A stretch of 64,000 nt of DNA from an uncultured Verrucomicrobiae bacterium (GCA_963719495.1 CAVRCI010000004.1:288001-352000), one strand, 5' to 3'; numbered from the stretch's first letter, positions 22,093 through 31,261 are shown. Notes: generated by a model not told the origin, from the sequence alone. Program-made: numbers and translations.

Positions 22093-23301
22093 ATGAAAAC
22101 CCAACGAAAAAGCCTACCGACGGAATCGAGCTTCATTGGCATCGATTATCACAAGAGATACAGCGTCTATTGCGTGGTCGATAGCCACGGCGAGGTGCTC
22201 GGCCAAGGGCGCATCGAGCACGCGATCAGCGGAGATTTTGGGCGGCTCGTCGAGCGGTGGCCGGGCTGCCGGATCGTCTTCGAAGCGAGCATGAACTGGC
22301 ACTGGCTCTACGAGATTCTCGAGCAGGTGATGCCCGCCGAGAACATCGTGTTGGCCAACCCGTTCAAGACGCGGATCATCGCCGAGGCTCAAATCAAGAC
22401 CGATAAGATCGACGCCCGAGCGTTGGCCAATCTGTTGCGGGCCAATTTGATTTCGAGCGTCCACATCCCCAGTCGCGAGACCCGCGACATCAAGAACGTG
22501 CTGCGCCAGCGTTGTTTCTTCGTGCGCCAACGCACGATGCTGCGCAACCGCATCCACCGCTTACTTGGTGGGCAGCACGAACTCAAACTTCCTGTCTGCA
22601 GCGATCTCTTCGGCAAGAAGGGGCTGAGTTTTCTGGAAAATCTCGAACTCCCGGAACCAGCCGGAATGCTGCTCACCCAGCAACTCGCCCTCCACAACGA
22701 GTTGGCCGCTCGCATCCGCCAAGACGAGGCAGCGCTCAAAGATCTCATGAGCCAAAGCCCCGAGCTCACCCACGTCTGCAGTCTCCCCGGGATGGGACCC
22801 ATCCTCGCAGCGGTTGTCGTCGCCGAGATCGACGACATCTCGCGCTTTGCCCCCGCGCAGAAGCTCTGCGGCTACGCGGGACTCTGCCCGGCGACGAGCA
22901 GCAGCGGCGGTAAGACCTACCACGGACGCCTGCTGCCCCAGTGCAACAAATGGCTGCGTTGGGCCTTCGTCGAGGCTGCCTGGGTAGCCGTTGGCTGCTC
23001 GCCCTACTTCGGCGACTACTACAAAAACAAACGCGCTCACGGCAAGAAAGCCAACACCGCCATTCTGGCCACCGCCCGCCGGATGGCCCGCATCACCTGG
23101 AGCCTCTTGACCCAGGGGCGTTCCTACACGAACTTTCCTGAATCCCAAAAGCTCCGAAGCCAGCGCCGTGACGCGGACGGGCAAACGCCTTCCCGATCCG
23201 GCCTGGCCAAGGAAAAAATTGAAGACATGAAAACCCCGAAAACACGCCAGGGACGCAAACGTCGATCTTCTCGAAAACAATTTCCCCAGCCGCTCCAATG
23301 A
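22093..23301 (+). CDS. IS110-family DEDD recombinase/transposase
   Basis: IGIDYHK, VFEAS, KTDKIDA, LPGMG, YAGLCP..SSSGGK. Confidence 0.96.
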   Translation: MKTQRKSLPTESSFIGIDYHKRYSVYCVVDSHGEVLGQGRIEHAISGDFGRLVERWPGCRIVFEASMNWHWLYEILEQVMPAENIVLANPFKTRIIAEAQIKTDKIDARALANLLRANLISSVHIPSRETRDIKNVLRQRCFFVRQRTMLRNRIHRLLGGQHELKLPVCSDLFGKKGLSFLENLELPEPAGMLLTQQLALHNELAARIRQDEAALKDLMSQSPELTHVCSLPGMGPILAAVVVAEIDDISRFAPAQKLCGYAGLCPATSSSGGKTYHGRLLPQCNKWLRWAFVEAAWVAVGCSPYFGDYYKNKRAHGKKANTAILATARRMARITWSLLTQGRSYTNFPESQKLRSQRRDADGQTPSRSGLAKEKIEDMKTPKTRQGRKRRSSRKQFPQPLQ

Positions 23302-23594
23302 ACGACTGGTTGGTCGCTAAGTCTTAGCACTTAGTCGGCGCACCTTGGGTCAGGATGGAGGGCTGGGGATCTGATCGCCACAATGGATGGGGGCCAGAAG
23401 TGCCCGCCCCGCAGAGAAGTGTGATTCCAGCATCGCTATCGTCCCAAGTTTACAGGCTCCTTCCCTCGATGTAAGAGCCCGCGCTTTTCCCTGCCCTGAT
23501 GGTCACCCATTGGGCGCTTTCTTCTGCGTTCCCCGCCCCACTCGGGCCAAGAACCCTCTAAATTAGACCGTTGACAGCCCTTCGACCCTTTTTT
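23302..23594 (+). ncRNA. Candidate bridge/seek RNA in the IS110 right non-coding end (boundaries unknown)
   Basis: About 290 bp non-coding; contains GGGTCAGG (= left target), TGATCG (reverse complement of core plus right target) and CAGAGAAGT (= element right terminus). Confidence 0.65.
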
Positions 23595-23953
23595 CAGAGA
23601 AGTCGATCATTCGTGACCAGTTTGCGAACAGGGTTGCTCCTTCATGGTGAGGCTTCGCCAGGACGGGGTCGCTCTTTTTGCAATAGCACAGCATTGGCCG
23701 GACAAATCCGCGGAATGACCAAGCGATCCCACCCCCTGACCTCCCAATCCTTCGCGATAACCAGGCGAATCCTCGTGCAGAACTCAGGAATCCACGCTCA
23801 GTGATCTAAGGTGACCGACCCCCGTCACCGGAATCGGAGCGGACTTGTCGAAATCGATCGACTTCCTCCCTTATGCTCGGAGTAAACCAAACGCTCTCTG
23901 CGATTCAAACCGGAAAGAGGTCGGGGTGCGCGCGAGACGACCAGGTTCTCCGT

Positions 23954-26293
23954 TTAGCGACGAATGATGCGGAGTCTGAGGGTCTTGGAGCGGTTGCCTG
24001 ACGGGTCGAAGGCGCGGACTTTGATGAGGTTTTTTCGTTTGTTCTTCCTGGGGCGAACGATGGCTTTCCAGCGGTCGGTTCCGCGGGTTTTCTTGAATCC
24101 GCGTTTGCCGGGCACTTTGAATTCGACCCGCGTGATGCCCGATGCGTCGGTGGCGGTGCCGCGGAACACAATGCGGCGTCGGGTCGACTCGACGCGGCGG
24201 CGACCTTTTACGCGAACAATCGGGCGGGTGACGTCGGGGGTGGGTGCGATGATGGCGGTGGGCGGGAGGACGAAGACGTAGGCGGCTCCGGAGTCGGTCG
24301 CGGTGTTGTCATTGATGGCGAGGGGATTGTTGACGCCGATGGCGTTGCTGTCCTCTTCGGCGGCGCCGACGATGGCGGTCGTGCCCGAGATGGCGACGGC
24401 TCCCCCGAAGCGGTCGTCGGGGTCGGTGTTGGCGGATTTGAGATAAGTTTGTTGGGACCAGGTCGAGCCGGAGCGCACGAAGAGGTAGGCGGCACCGGAC
24501 TCGGGGTCGGTGTTGTCGAGTTGATTCCCGTCGATGCCGACGGCATTGCTGTCCTCGAAGATGCTGCCGACTATGAGATTCCCGCCCGAGAGTGCGAGGG
24601 AGCGGGCGAATTGGTCGCCATCCCCGGCGTTCGACGCTTTGAGATAAGCCTCGGGGAACCAGGTCGGGCCACTTCGGACGAACGTGTAGGCCGCGCCGGC
24701 GGCTTCGGCGCTGTTGTCGGTCTGGTTGCCGTTGATGGCGGTCGCGGTGCTGTCCTCGAAGGGAGCCCCGACGACGAGAAGATTGCCCGAGATGGAGAGC
24801 GAGGTGCCGAACTGATCACCCTGGCCGGAATTGGAGGCTTTGGCGTAGGCTTGCTGGACCCAGTTGGTGCCGTTGCGGGTGAAAATGTAGACTGCTCCGG
24901 CTCCGGGAGCGGTGTTGTCGGTCTGGTCACCGCCGATTCCGGTGGCTCCGCTGTCTTCGAGGGGGGCGGCGACGGCGAGGATGTCGCCGGAGATTGCGAC
25001 CGTGCTGCCGAAGCGGTCGTTGGCGGCGGGATTCGACGCTTTGAGGTAGGCTTGCTGACTCCAGGCGGCGCCATTGCGAACGAAAACGTAGGCCGCTCCG
25101 CTGCTGGCGGCGGAATTGTCGTTCGGGTTGCCGTTGACATCGGTTGCGTTGCTGGCCTCGAAGCGCGCGCCGACGACGATGGTGTCGCCGGAGATGGCGA
25201 CGGATTGACCGAATTCGTCGCCGCCGTCGGAATTAGACGCTTTGAGGTAGGCCTGTTGGGACCAGGCGGCTCCGTCGCGAACGAAGACGTAGGCGGCTCC
25301 GGCGGCGGACGCGCCACTGTTGTTTTGATTGCCGTCGATGATGTCCGCGTCGCTGTCTTCGAGATTTGCTCCGACGACGGAGGTGTTGCCGGAGATGGCC
25401 ACCGAAGCGCCGAATAGATCGGTGTCGTCGGTGTTCGAGGCCTTGAGGTAGGCCTGCTGGGTCCAGGTCGTGCCGTTTCGGACGAAAACGTAGACCGCAC
25501 CGGCAGAATTCAGACCGTTGTCGGTCTGGTCGCCACCGATCCCTTCGGCGTTACTTTCCTCGCCGACGGCAGCGACGATGGCGGTGTTGCCCGAGATTGC
25601 GACGGAACCGCCGAAAAGGTCGCCTGAGTCGGGGTTGGAGGCTTTGAAGAGGGCCTGCTGAGCGACGGGGTCGATGGTGATGGGGTAGCGGGCGGAGCGG
25701 TCGTCGACTTCGATGGCGAAGCCGGCGGGGTGGGCGATGAATCGGGTCGGCAGCGTCCGGCCTTCGGCGTCCCAGGCGAGGAGGCCGGAGTAACTGAGGA
25801 CGGGGGCCCCGGAGTCGTTGGTGAATTGGACCGAGTCGGTGGCGACGAGCGGCGTGAGGTTGCCGCGGGTGGAGAGGGCAAGGATGAGCGGGCGACCGGT
25901 GGCGTCGTCGTCGGTGCGCTCGGTGAGGGTCCAGCCTTGCTGCAGGCCGTGGGGGTGGTTGACGAACCACTCGGCGAGGGTGTCGGAGTGGCGGCGGGCC
26001 AGTCGATTTTCGTCGGCGGCGGCGGCGGGTTCGGGTTGTGAGCCGACGAGTGCGAGGCCCCAGGTCCAGTCACCCCGGTCGGGCTTCGCGAGGAAGCCGT
26101 GTTCGTCAAAGGTGAGGGTCCAGCCTTGAGCGGGATTGCGAGCCGCGTGAGAGCCGTCGGATTCGGAGGTCATGCGGTGCCGCCAGAGGTCGTGGGCGGA
26201 GCGGAGGCCCGACAAGTCGGTGGGGGTGACGTGGGTGGCTGCGAAAGCCGCCGGGAGGCAGGCCAACATAATGAGCGGGAAGATTATCTGCAT
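23954..26293 (-). CDS. FG-GAP/integrin-repeat surface protein with basic C-terminal domain
   Basis: Signal peptide, YPITIDP, seven QQAYLKASN..D.FG.SVAISG repeats; ends LRIIRR; alternative start at 26308. Confidence 0.9.
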   Translation of the reverse strand: MQIIFPLIMLACLPAAFAATHVTPTDLSGLRSAHDLWRHRMTSESDGSHAARNPAQGWTLTFDEHGFLAKPDRGDWTWGLALVGSQPEPAAAADENRLARRHSDTLAEWFVNHPHGLQQGWTLTERTDDDATGRPLILALSTRGNLTPLVATDSVQFTNDSGAPVLSYSGLLAWDAEGRTLPTRFIAHPAGFAIEVDDRSARYPITIDPVAQQALFKASNPDSGDLFGGSVAISGNTAIVAAVGEESNAEGIGGDQTDNGLNSAGAVYVFVRNGTTWTQQAYLKASNTDDTDLFGASVAISGNTSVVGANLEDSDADIIDGNQNNSGASAAGAAYVFVRDGAAWSQQAYLKASNSDGGDEFGQSVAISGDTIVVGARFEASNATDVNGNPNDNSAASSGAAYVFVRNGAAWSQQAYLKASNPAANDRFGSTVAISGDILAVAAPLEDSGATGIGGDQTDNTAPGAGAVYIFTRNGTNWVQQAYAKASNSGQGDQFGTSLSISGNLLVVGAPFEDSTATAINGNQTDNSAEAAGAAYTFVRSGPTWFPEAYLKASNAGDGDQFARSLALSGGNLIVGSIFEDSNAVGIDGNQLDNTDPESGAAYLFVRSGSTWSQQTYLKSANTDPDDRFGGAVAISGTTAIVGAAEEDSNAIGVNNPLAINDNTATDSGAAYVFVLPPTAIIAPTPDVTRPIVRVKGRRRVESTRRRIVFRGTATDASGITRVEFKVPGKRGFKKTRGTDRWKAIVRPRKNKRKNLIKVRAFDPSGNRSKTLRLRIIRR

Positions 26294-26534
26294 GGCGGGG
26301 AGGGGCATGGCGGGGAGGGTGCCGGAAACGTCGGGCCAGAAGCGGGAAGACGTGCTCTCACGAATTTTCAGTGTTCACGGTGTCGGCGGAAGGGTTGGAC
26401 TTCAGGTGATAGTTGGTCGATTGCCAGTGTCGATTGCCAGTTGCAAAACAATTGCTTGGGTCGCAAGAATGGTCCCGGTCGTGGGAGCGGGGGATGGATT
26501 CGAGAAAAATTGACCCTGACCGCTTGCTGGCTTG

Positions 26535-27350
26535 TCAGGAAACCGTGGATATTCTGATCCTGCGGAGAGCAATCAGGCCGATCACGCCGAGCGAGATCAG
26601 GGCCGTGGCAGCTGGCTCAGGAACGGCCGTCGCGTCGAGGCGCACGTTGTCGAAATCGACCTCCAGATCCGCTCCGGGAGCCGACGGATCGGTCACGTTG
26701 AGATTCACCAGTCGAATCGCGAGATTCTCGCCCAGATTGGTGTGGACGGCACCGGTGGTGAAGGTCACGGTGGAGAGGGCAAACTCCCCCTCAGCGATGC
26801 TGCCCGCGAGAGTATTGTTGTCGGATGCCAGGATCGTCGAGCCGGCCATCAGGTCGACCCGGTAACCGGGAAACCCGTCGAGATTGAAGAACGAGCCATT
26901 CGATGCGGTCCCCGATGCGATGTTTCCGATGTCGATTTGCAGGGTGTATTGCCGGTTTGCCAACAGCGTATCGCCGAGGATCTGGGAGAGTCCGTATTCG
27001 AGCCCTCCGCCGGTATCGGTCCGGCCCGCGAAATTGAAGGCGATGCCGACCCGGTTGCCCTCGGAGGCACCGCCCGGGAAGAAGGAAAAATCGCCCGGCT
27101 CAGGGGTGTCGGCGTTGAGTTGTGGAGTGAGAGTGCCGATGAAGAAATCCGGCCCGTTTCCGCCGCTGGTATCCAAGCCCGCCTCTTCGTAAAGTGCCCA
27201 TCCATTCAAGGGTCCGAAGGTAAATTCGTTGGAAGGAGTTTCGCCCGAGATGTCCTCGAATCCGGCGTTGACGACCGTAAGAGGCGCGGTGTGCGAGGCC
27301 GACGTTCCGACAAGGGCGAAAAACAGAGGGAGCAGATGGGCAATTTTCAT
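26535..27350 (-). CDS. PEP-CTERM protein
   Basis: Signal peptide, VVNAGFED...FDNVRLDATAVPEP-TM-RR. Confidence 0.9.
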   Translation of the reverse strand: MKIAHLLPLFFALVGTSASHTAPLTVVNAGFEDISGETPSNEFTFGPLNGWALYEEAGLDTSGGNGPDFFIGTLTPQLNADTPEPGDFSFFPGGASEGNRVGIAFNFAGRTDTGGGLEYGLSQILGDTLLANRQYTLQIDIGNIASGTASNGSFFNLDGFPGYRVDLMAGSTILASDNNTLAGSIAEGEFALSTVTFTTGAVHTNLGENLAIRLVNLNVTDPSAPGADLEVDFDNVRLDATAVPEPAATALISLGVIGLIALRRIRISTVS

Positions 27351-27595
27351 GAGGCGAAGAATCGGACGGTGGCAGATGGTCGCGCTTTCGATGCGGTTAC
27401 GCTAGCTCGTAAATTATTTGGAATCAACATTTGGTCCGAGGCGATGGCGATGAGGGGTGGAAGGTGTTGGACGCGGACGGTTTCGGCAGGTCAGCGGGAG
27501 TGAACGAGTTTTGTGGCGTGCGTGGGATTTGAAGCTTCGCTTTCGGGTTGGGGCGCCGGGCTGGATGCCCGGCGCGACAGGCAGGGATGCCTGTT

Positions 27596-28127
27596 CTACC
27601 CTTGATTGGATCGATGCGAGCGGTTTCGTGGGTGGTGAGGATTTCGATCGTTCCGGCGGGGAGGGGATTTTCTGGCCGGGGGACAGGTCGGCGAAGGGGA
27701 TGATTTGCTGGCCGATGACGAATTCGGTTTCGCGGGGGGATTCGGAGAAGTCGGCGCTTTGACCGACGTCGAGGGTCAGGCGCGATTCTTTGGCGAGGTA
27801 GTCCGTGGCGAATTGGCTGAGGATGAGGAGGCCGACGTGGATGACGTGGATGCCGAGCTTGGACCACGTGAGTCGGAAGCGGGTGAGGTGGGCGGCCCGG
27901 AGGTTGACGATGAGGATCGCGCCGAGGAGGTGGCCACCGGGGAGGAGCGGGACTTGAAGGCCGCCGATGTCGAAGAAGACGATCGAGCTCTGGAAGTAGC
28001 GCTAATGGGCGAGGTCGAGGCCTTCGCTGACCTGGGCGAAGGTGCCGGGGAGGCTGAGGACCATCGCCAAGCCGAGGCAGCCGATGGTCAGGCGAAGGGA
28101 GGACTGGACGCGGATGAGAGGTCTCAA
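27596..28127 (-). pseudogene. resB: ResB/Ccs1 cytochrome c biogenesis protein, N-terminal remnant (not in the ORF track)
   Basis: Manual translation from TTG 28127: SSLRLTIGCL...GTFAQVSEGL..AH*RYFQS...LLPGGHLLGAILIVNL.AAH..RF..TWSKLGIHVIHVG...ESRLTLDVGQSADFSESPRETE; TAG at 28002-28004. Confidence 0.8.
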
Positions 28128-28129
28128 TG

Positions 28130-28206
28130 GACAGGATTAACGGGATTCACAGGTTTGGGATGAAAGGCAGCTTCCGAAAAATCCTGTTCATCCCGTAAAT
28201 CCTGTC
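28130..28206. repeat. Intergenic inverted repeat GACAGGATTAACGGGAT...ATCCCGTAAATCCTGTC; lone arm at about 59363-59388
   Basis: Seen directly. Confidence 0.75.
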
Positions 28207-28426
28207 TCACTCATTCTCGCGCATCGATTTCGAGGTCGGTTTTGGGGAGGGAGTGGGCAGAGAGAGCGAGGGAACGCGCGGCGCGACGTTCCCTACCCGA
28301 CTGGGTGGGGCTGGTCGCGCCGCGCCAGCCGTCCTCGATCTCCGCGGTGCCACTTTCTTCGTCTCGCCCCTTTGACCCTTTTTGCAATCCCACCCGGCTT
28401 CGGTTGGAAGCCGATGGCACGGTCGT

Positions 28427-28456
28427 CAGAGATACTTCGCTTCGCTCAGCGCGACA
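28427..28456. repeat. REP-like repeat CAGAGAT(A/G)CTTCGCTTCGCTCAGC..GACA; further copies at 51207-51237 and 59476-59506
   Basis: Three similar copies at gene ends; this copy supplies the dxr stop codon. Confidence 0.75.
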
Positions 28457-29588
28457 GATTTAGGATGACGGATTTGGCGTTTTGTCTCGCCCAGCTGTCG
28501 GCGGCCAGGAGGGTGGGGAGGTTGGGGTTTTTGGTGACCTCGTGGGCGGTCATGGTGGTCTCGACGGTTTGCCAGATTTCTTGGAATGGGATCTTTTCCT
28601 CTAGAAACGCGGCGGCGGCGATTTCGTTGGCGGCGTTGAGGACGGCGGGGAGGGTGCCGCCGGTGCGGCCGGCTTCGCGGGCTAGGCGGAGGGCGGGGAA
28701 ATCGTTTTCGCGGGGGGCGGAGAATTCCAATGAGCCGAGGGTGGCGAGGTCGAGGGGTTGGAGCGCTCCCGGGACTCGGTCGGGGTAGGTGAGGGCGTAT
28801 TGGATGGGGAACGCCATGTCGGAATGGCTGAGCTGGGCGAGGAGGGAACCGTCGACGAATTCGACGAGGGAATGTACGACGCTCTGCGGGTGGATGACGA
28901 CGTCGATGCGGTCGATGGAGACGTCGAAGAGCCAGCGGGCCTCGATCATTTCGAGGGCTTTGTTGAAGAGGGTGGCGGAGTCGAGGGAGATCTTGCGGCC
29001 CATGTCCCAGGTGGGGTGGCGGAGGGCTTGGGCGGGGGTGACTTGGGGAAGATCGGCGGCGGGGGTCTCGCGGAAGGGACCGCCGGAGCAGGTGAGGATG
29101 AGGCGGGCGACGTGGTCGGAGGGGCGGCCTTCGAGGCACTGGAAGATGGCGTTGTGCTCGCTGTCGACGGGAAGGACGCGGACGTTTTTTCGCCGGGCGG
29201 CGGCCATGAGGATGCCGCCGGCGAGGACGAGGATCTCCTTGCTGGCGACGGCGATGTCCTTGCCGGCTTCGATGGCGGCGAGGGCGGGGGCAAGGCCGGC
29301 GGTGCCGACGATGGCGATGAGGACGAGGTCGGCGTCGGGGTGGGTAGCAAGCTCGAGGAGACGGTCCGGGCCGTCGGGGCCGTTGGTCCGGGCGGTGCTG
29401 GCGTCGGGGAAGGCGGCGGCTGCGGTGGCGAGGCCCTCGCTGTTTTCGTGGGCGGAGAGGCCGACGATTTGGATGCGATCGGGGAGTGCGCGCGCGACGC
29501 GTTGAGCGCTTTGGCCGATGGAGCCGGTCGCACCGAGCAAGGAGACCTTGCGGGTCGAAGGTCGAAGGTCGGAAGGTTCGAAGGTCAA
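28446..29588 (-). CDS. dxr: 1-deoxy-D-xylulose-5-phosphate reductoisomerase
   Basis: LLGATGSIG, LPVDSEHNAIFQ, HPTWDMGRKISLDSATLFNK, NAANE; start uncertain. Confidence 0.97.
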   Translation of the reverse strand: MTFEPSDLRPSTRKVSLLGATGSIGQSAQRVARALPDRIQIVGLSAHENSEGLATAAAAFPDASTARTNGPDGPDRLLELATHPDADLVLIAIVGTAGLAPALAAIEAGKDIAVASKEILVLAGGILMAAARRKNVRVLPVDSEHNAIFQCLEGRPSDHVARLILTCSGGPFRETPAADLPQVTPAQALRHPTWDMGRKISLDSATLFNKALEMIEARWLFDVSIDRIDVVIHPQSVVHSLVEFVDGSLLAQLSHSDMAFPIQYALTYPDRVPGALQPLDLATLGSLEFSAPRENDFPALRLAREAGRTGGTLPAVLNAANEIAAAAFLEEKIPFQEIWQTVETTMTAHEVTKNPNLPTLLAADSWARQNAKSVILNLSR

Positions 29589-29655
29589 AGTGTGGGTACG
29601 CCCGCTGCAATCGCGCCAGCGATTCTTAAATGACTTTCGACCTCGGACCTTCGAC

Positions 29656-30537
29656 TCACGTCAGCTTGAGCACGAGGCGCATGTAGAAGTAGAGGAGGGG
29701 GGCGGTGAAGAGGAGGCTGTCGATCAGATCGAGGGTGCCGCCGATACCGGGGAGGGCTCCGCTGCTGTCTTTGATGGCGGTGCTGCGCTTGACGATGGAC
29801 TCCGCCAGGTCGCCGACGATGGCGGCAAATCCGAGGCCGATTCCGAGGATGGCGTAGTCGATGACGGAGAAGGCGGGGAGTTTTTCCGGGATCAGCCAGT
29901 AGAGAATGAAGGCGGCGGCGGCGGAGGTGATGAGGGCGCCGAAGAAGCCTTCCCAGGTTTTTTTCGGGCTGATGTGGGGGACGAGCGGGTGTTTGCCGAA
30001 GAGGCTGCCGAAGAGGTAGGCACCCATGTCACTGAATTTGGTGACCATGAGAAGGAAGAGGACGTACCACTGGCCGGTGGGGTCGCCGTCGAGGGTGCGC
30101 GGGGGGATGAAGAGGATCTTGGTGATGAAATTGAAGAGCCAGGGGATGTAGAGGAGGCCGAAGAGGGTATACGCCATCGTCTGGAGCGGGCGGCGGTCGC
30201 GGAGGGGGGCGAACATTTGCCGGGCGAACATGACGACCAGGAAAAGAACGAGGATGGCGAGTTCGAAGTCGAGCGCTTGGGCGGGGCCCCAGGTGGCGAA
30301 GTAGTAGAAGCTGCCAACCAGAAAAATCGCGGCGGTGACCAGGCCGGTGAGCTGGAAATTTGGGATGCCGTCGTGGTCGAGCATCCGGAAGTATTCCCAG
30401 AGCGCGGTGAGGGCCATGAAGCCGATGACGACGAAGTAGGCGATCTCGCGGCCGGAGAAGATGGCGGCTAGGATGAGGGTCCAGAGGGCCAGCGTGCTGC
30501 CGAGGCGGAGGAAAAAGGTGGCTCGTCGGCTGCTCAT
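29656..30537 (-). CDS. cdsA: Phosphatidate cytidylyltransferase
   Basis: SDMGAY..G..FGKH, ISPKKTWEG, GDLAES..KR...KDS...PGIGG.LD.IDS. Confidence 0.95.
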   Translation of the reverse strand: MSSRRATFFLRLGSTLALWTLILAAIFSGREIAYFVVIGFMALTALWEYFRMLDHDGIPNFQLTGLVTAAIFLVGSFYYFATWGPAQALDFELAILVLFLVVMFARQMFAPLRDRRPLQTMAYTLFGLLYIPWLFNFITKILFIPPRTLDGDPTGQWYVLFLLMVTKFSDMGAYLFGSLFGKHPLVPHISPKKTWEGFFGALITSAAAAFILYWLIPEKLPAFSVIDYAILGIGLGFAAIVGDLAESIVKRSTAIKDSSGALPGIGGTLDLIDSLLFTAPLLYFYMRLVLKLT

Positions 30538-30607
30538 CGGAAACTGGGGAGGGTAGGGAGTGATTTTGGATTTTGGAATTCGGATTTTGGACTGGTAGGT
30601 TTCGGCG

Positions 30608-30964
30608 GTGGTTGTTGAACGATTCAAGGCGGTGATCTGGGCGGCGGATGTGGCTCGGGCAGTGAAGTTTTACGGCGACGTTCTGGGTGCTACGGTGGCT
30701 CGGGATATCGGCGTGATCGTGGAGCTGGAGATCGCCGGGGTGGCGGTGTCGGTTCACACGGGGGGGGAGGGGTCTTTTGCTAAACGAACCTGGACGGCGA
30801 TGAGTTTTCAGGTCGCTGACGTGATCGTCGGGGCCGCCGAGGTGCGGGCGGCGGGTGGGCTGGTCGAGCGCGAACCTCAGCCGGAGGATGGGGAGCCGCC
30901 GCACCTGGCGATGTGCGTGGATCCGGAGGGGAACGAATTCATGCTGACTCGAAAGCGCTCGTGA
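30608..30964 (+). CDS. VOC/glyoxalase family protein
   Basis: DVARAVKFYGDVLG...SFQVAD...DPEGNEF. Confidence 0.85.
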   Translation: MVVERFKAVIWAADVARAVKFYGDVLGATVARDIGVIVELEIAGVAVSVHTGGEGSFAKRTWTAMSFQVADVIVGAAEVRAAGGLVEREPQPEDGEPPHLAMCVDPEGNEFMLTRKRS

Positions 30965-31027
30965 GCCGAGGCCGGGAGCCTTCCGCTGACGGCGTGGAGT
31001 CTCGAGGGGAGTGATCCGCCTCGCGGA

Positions 31028-31057
31028 TTGGTTCGGCGATTGCAAATCGCCGCTCCT
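31028..31057. repeat. REP-like palindrome TTGGTTCGGCGATTGCAAATCGCCGCTCCT; identical copy at 32017-32046
   Basis: Two identical 30-bp copies flank the L,D-transpeptidase gene. Confidence 0.85.
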
Positions 31058-31089
31058 CGAGCGGGAAGGCTCCCCGGCTTTTGCCCCGC

Positions 31090-31260
31090 TGTCTTGTCGA
31101 GAGGACCTTTGCCTGGGTCGGCAGATGCCACCGATTGTCCAATGACTACGGGGTCACGATCTTCGACTCCGAAACCTTCGTTTACGGAGCCGTCTGCCGC
31201 GCGCCGCTTTGGCGTCAGACGCCTCGGCAAATCCACCGCCTGACGGTTTTTTGACGCGCT
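31090..31260 (+). pseudogene. IS5-family transposase C-terminal remnant
   Basis: LVERTFAWVGRCHRLSNDY...SETFVY resembles IS5 VERTFAWL.R.RRLSKDYE. Confidence 0.7.
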
Positions 31261-31261
31261 G

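Larger units (their letters stand above)
22012..23605 (+). mobile_element. IS110-family element; CG core at both junctions (22010-22011, 23604-23605)
   Basis: Excision at the CG cores gives GGGTCAGGCGA, 10/11 identical to the MITE left TSD. Confidence 0.75.

Noticed and set aside
23571..23605. Circle-junction promoter from TTGACA at the IS110 right end
   Set aside because: With the inferred ends, the position 17 bp downstream (TCAGAG) is not a -10 box and lies before the junction
7255..28004. TAG reassignment or pyrrolysine readthrough suggested by three in-frame TAGs
   Set aside because: Intact genes end in TAG (helicase, aldo/keto reductase, ISAs1 transposase, di-heme gene), two of the affected genes have other lesions, and no pyl genes are visible
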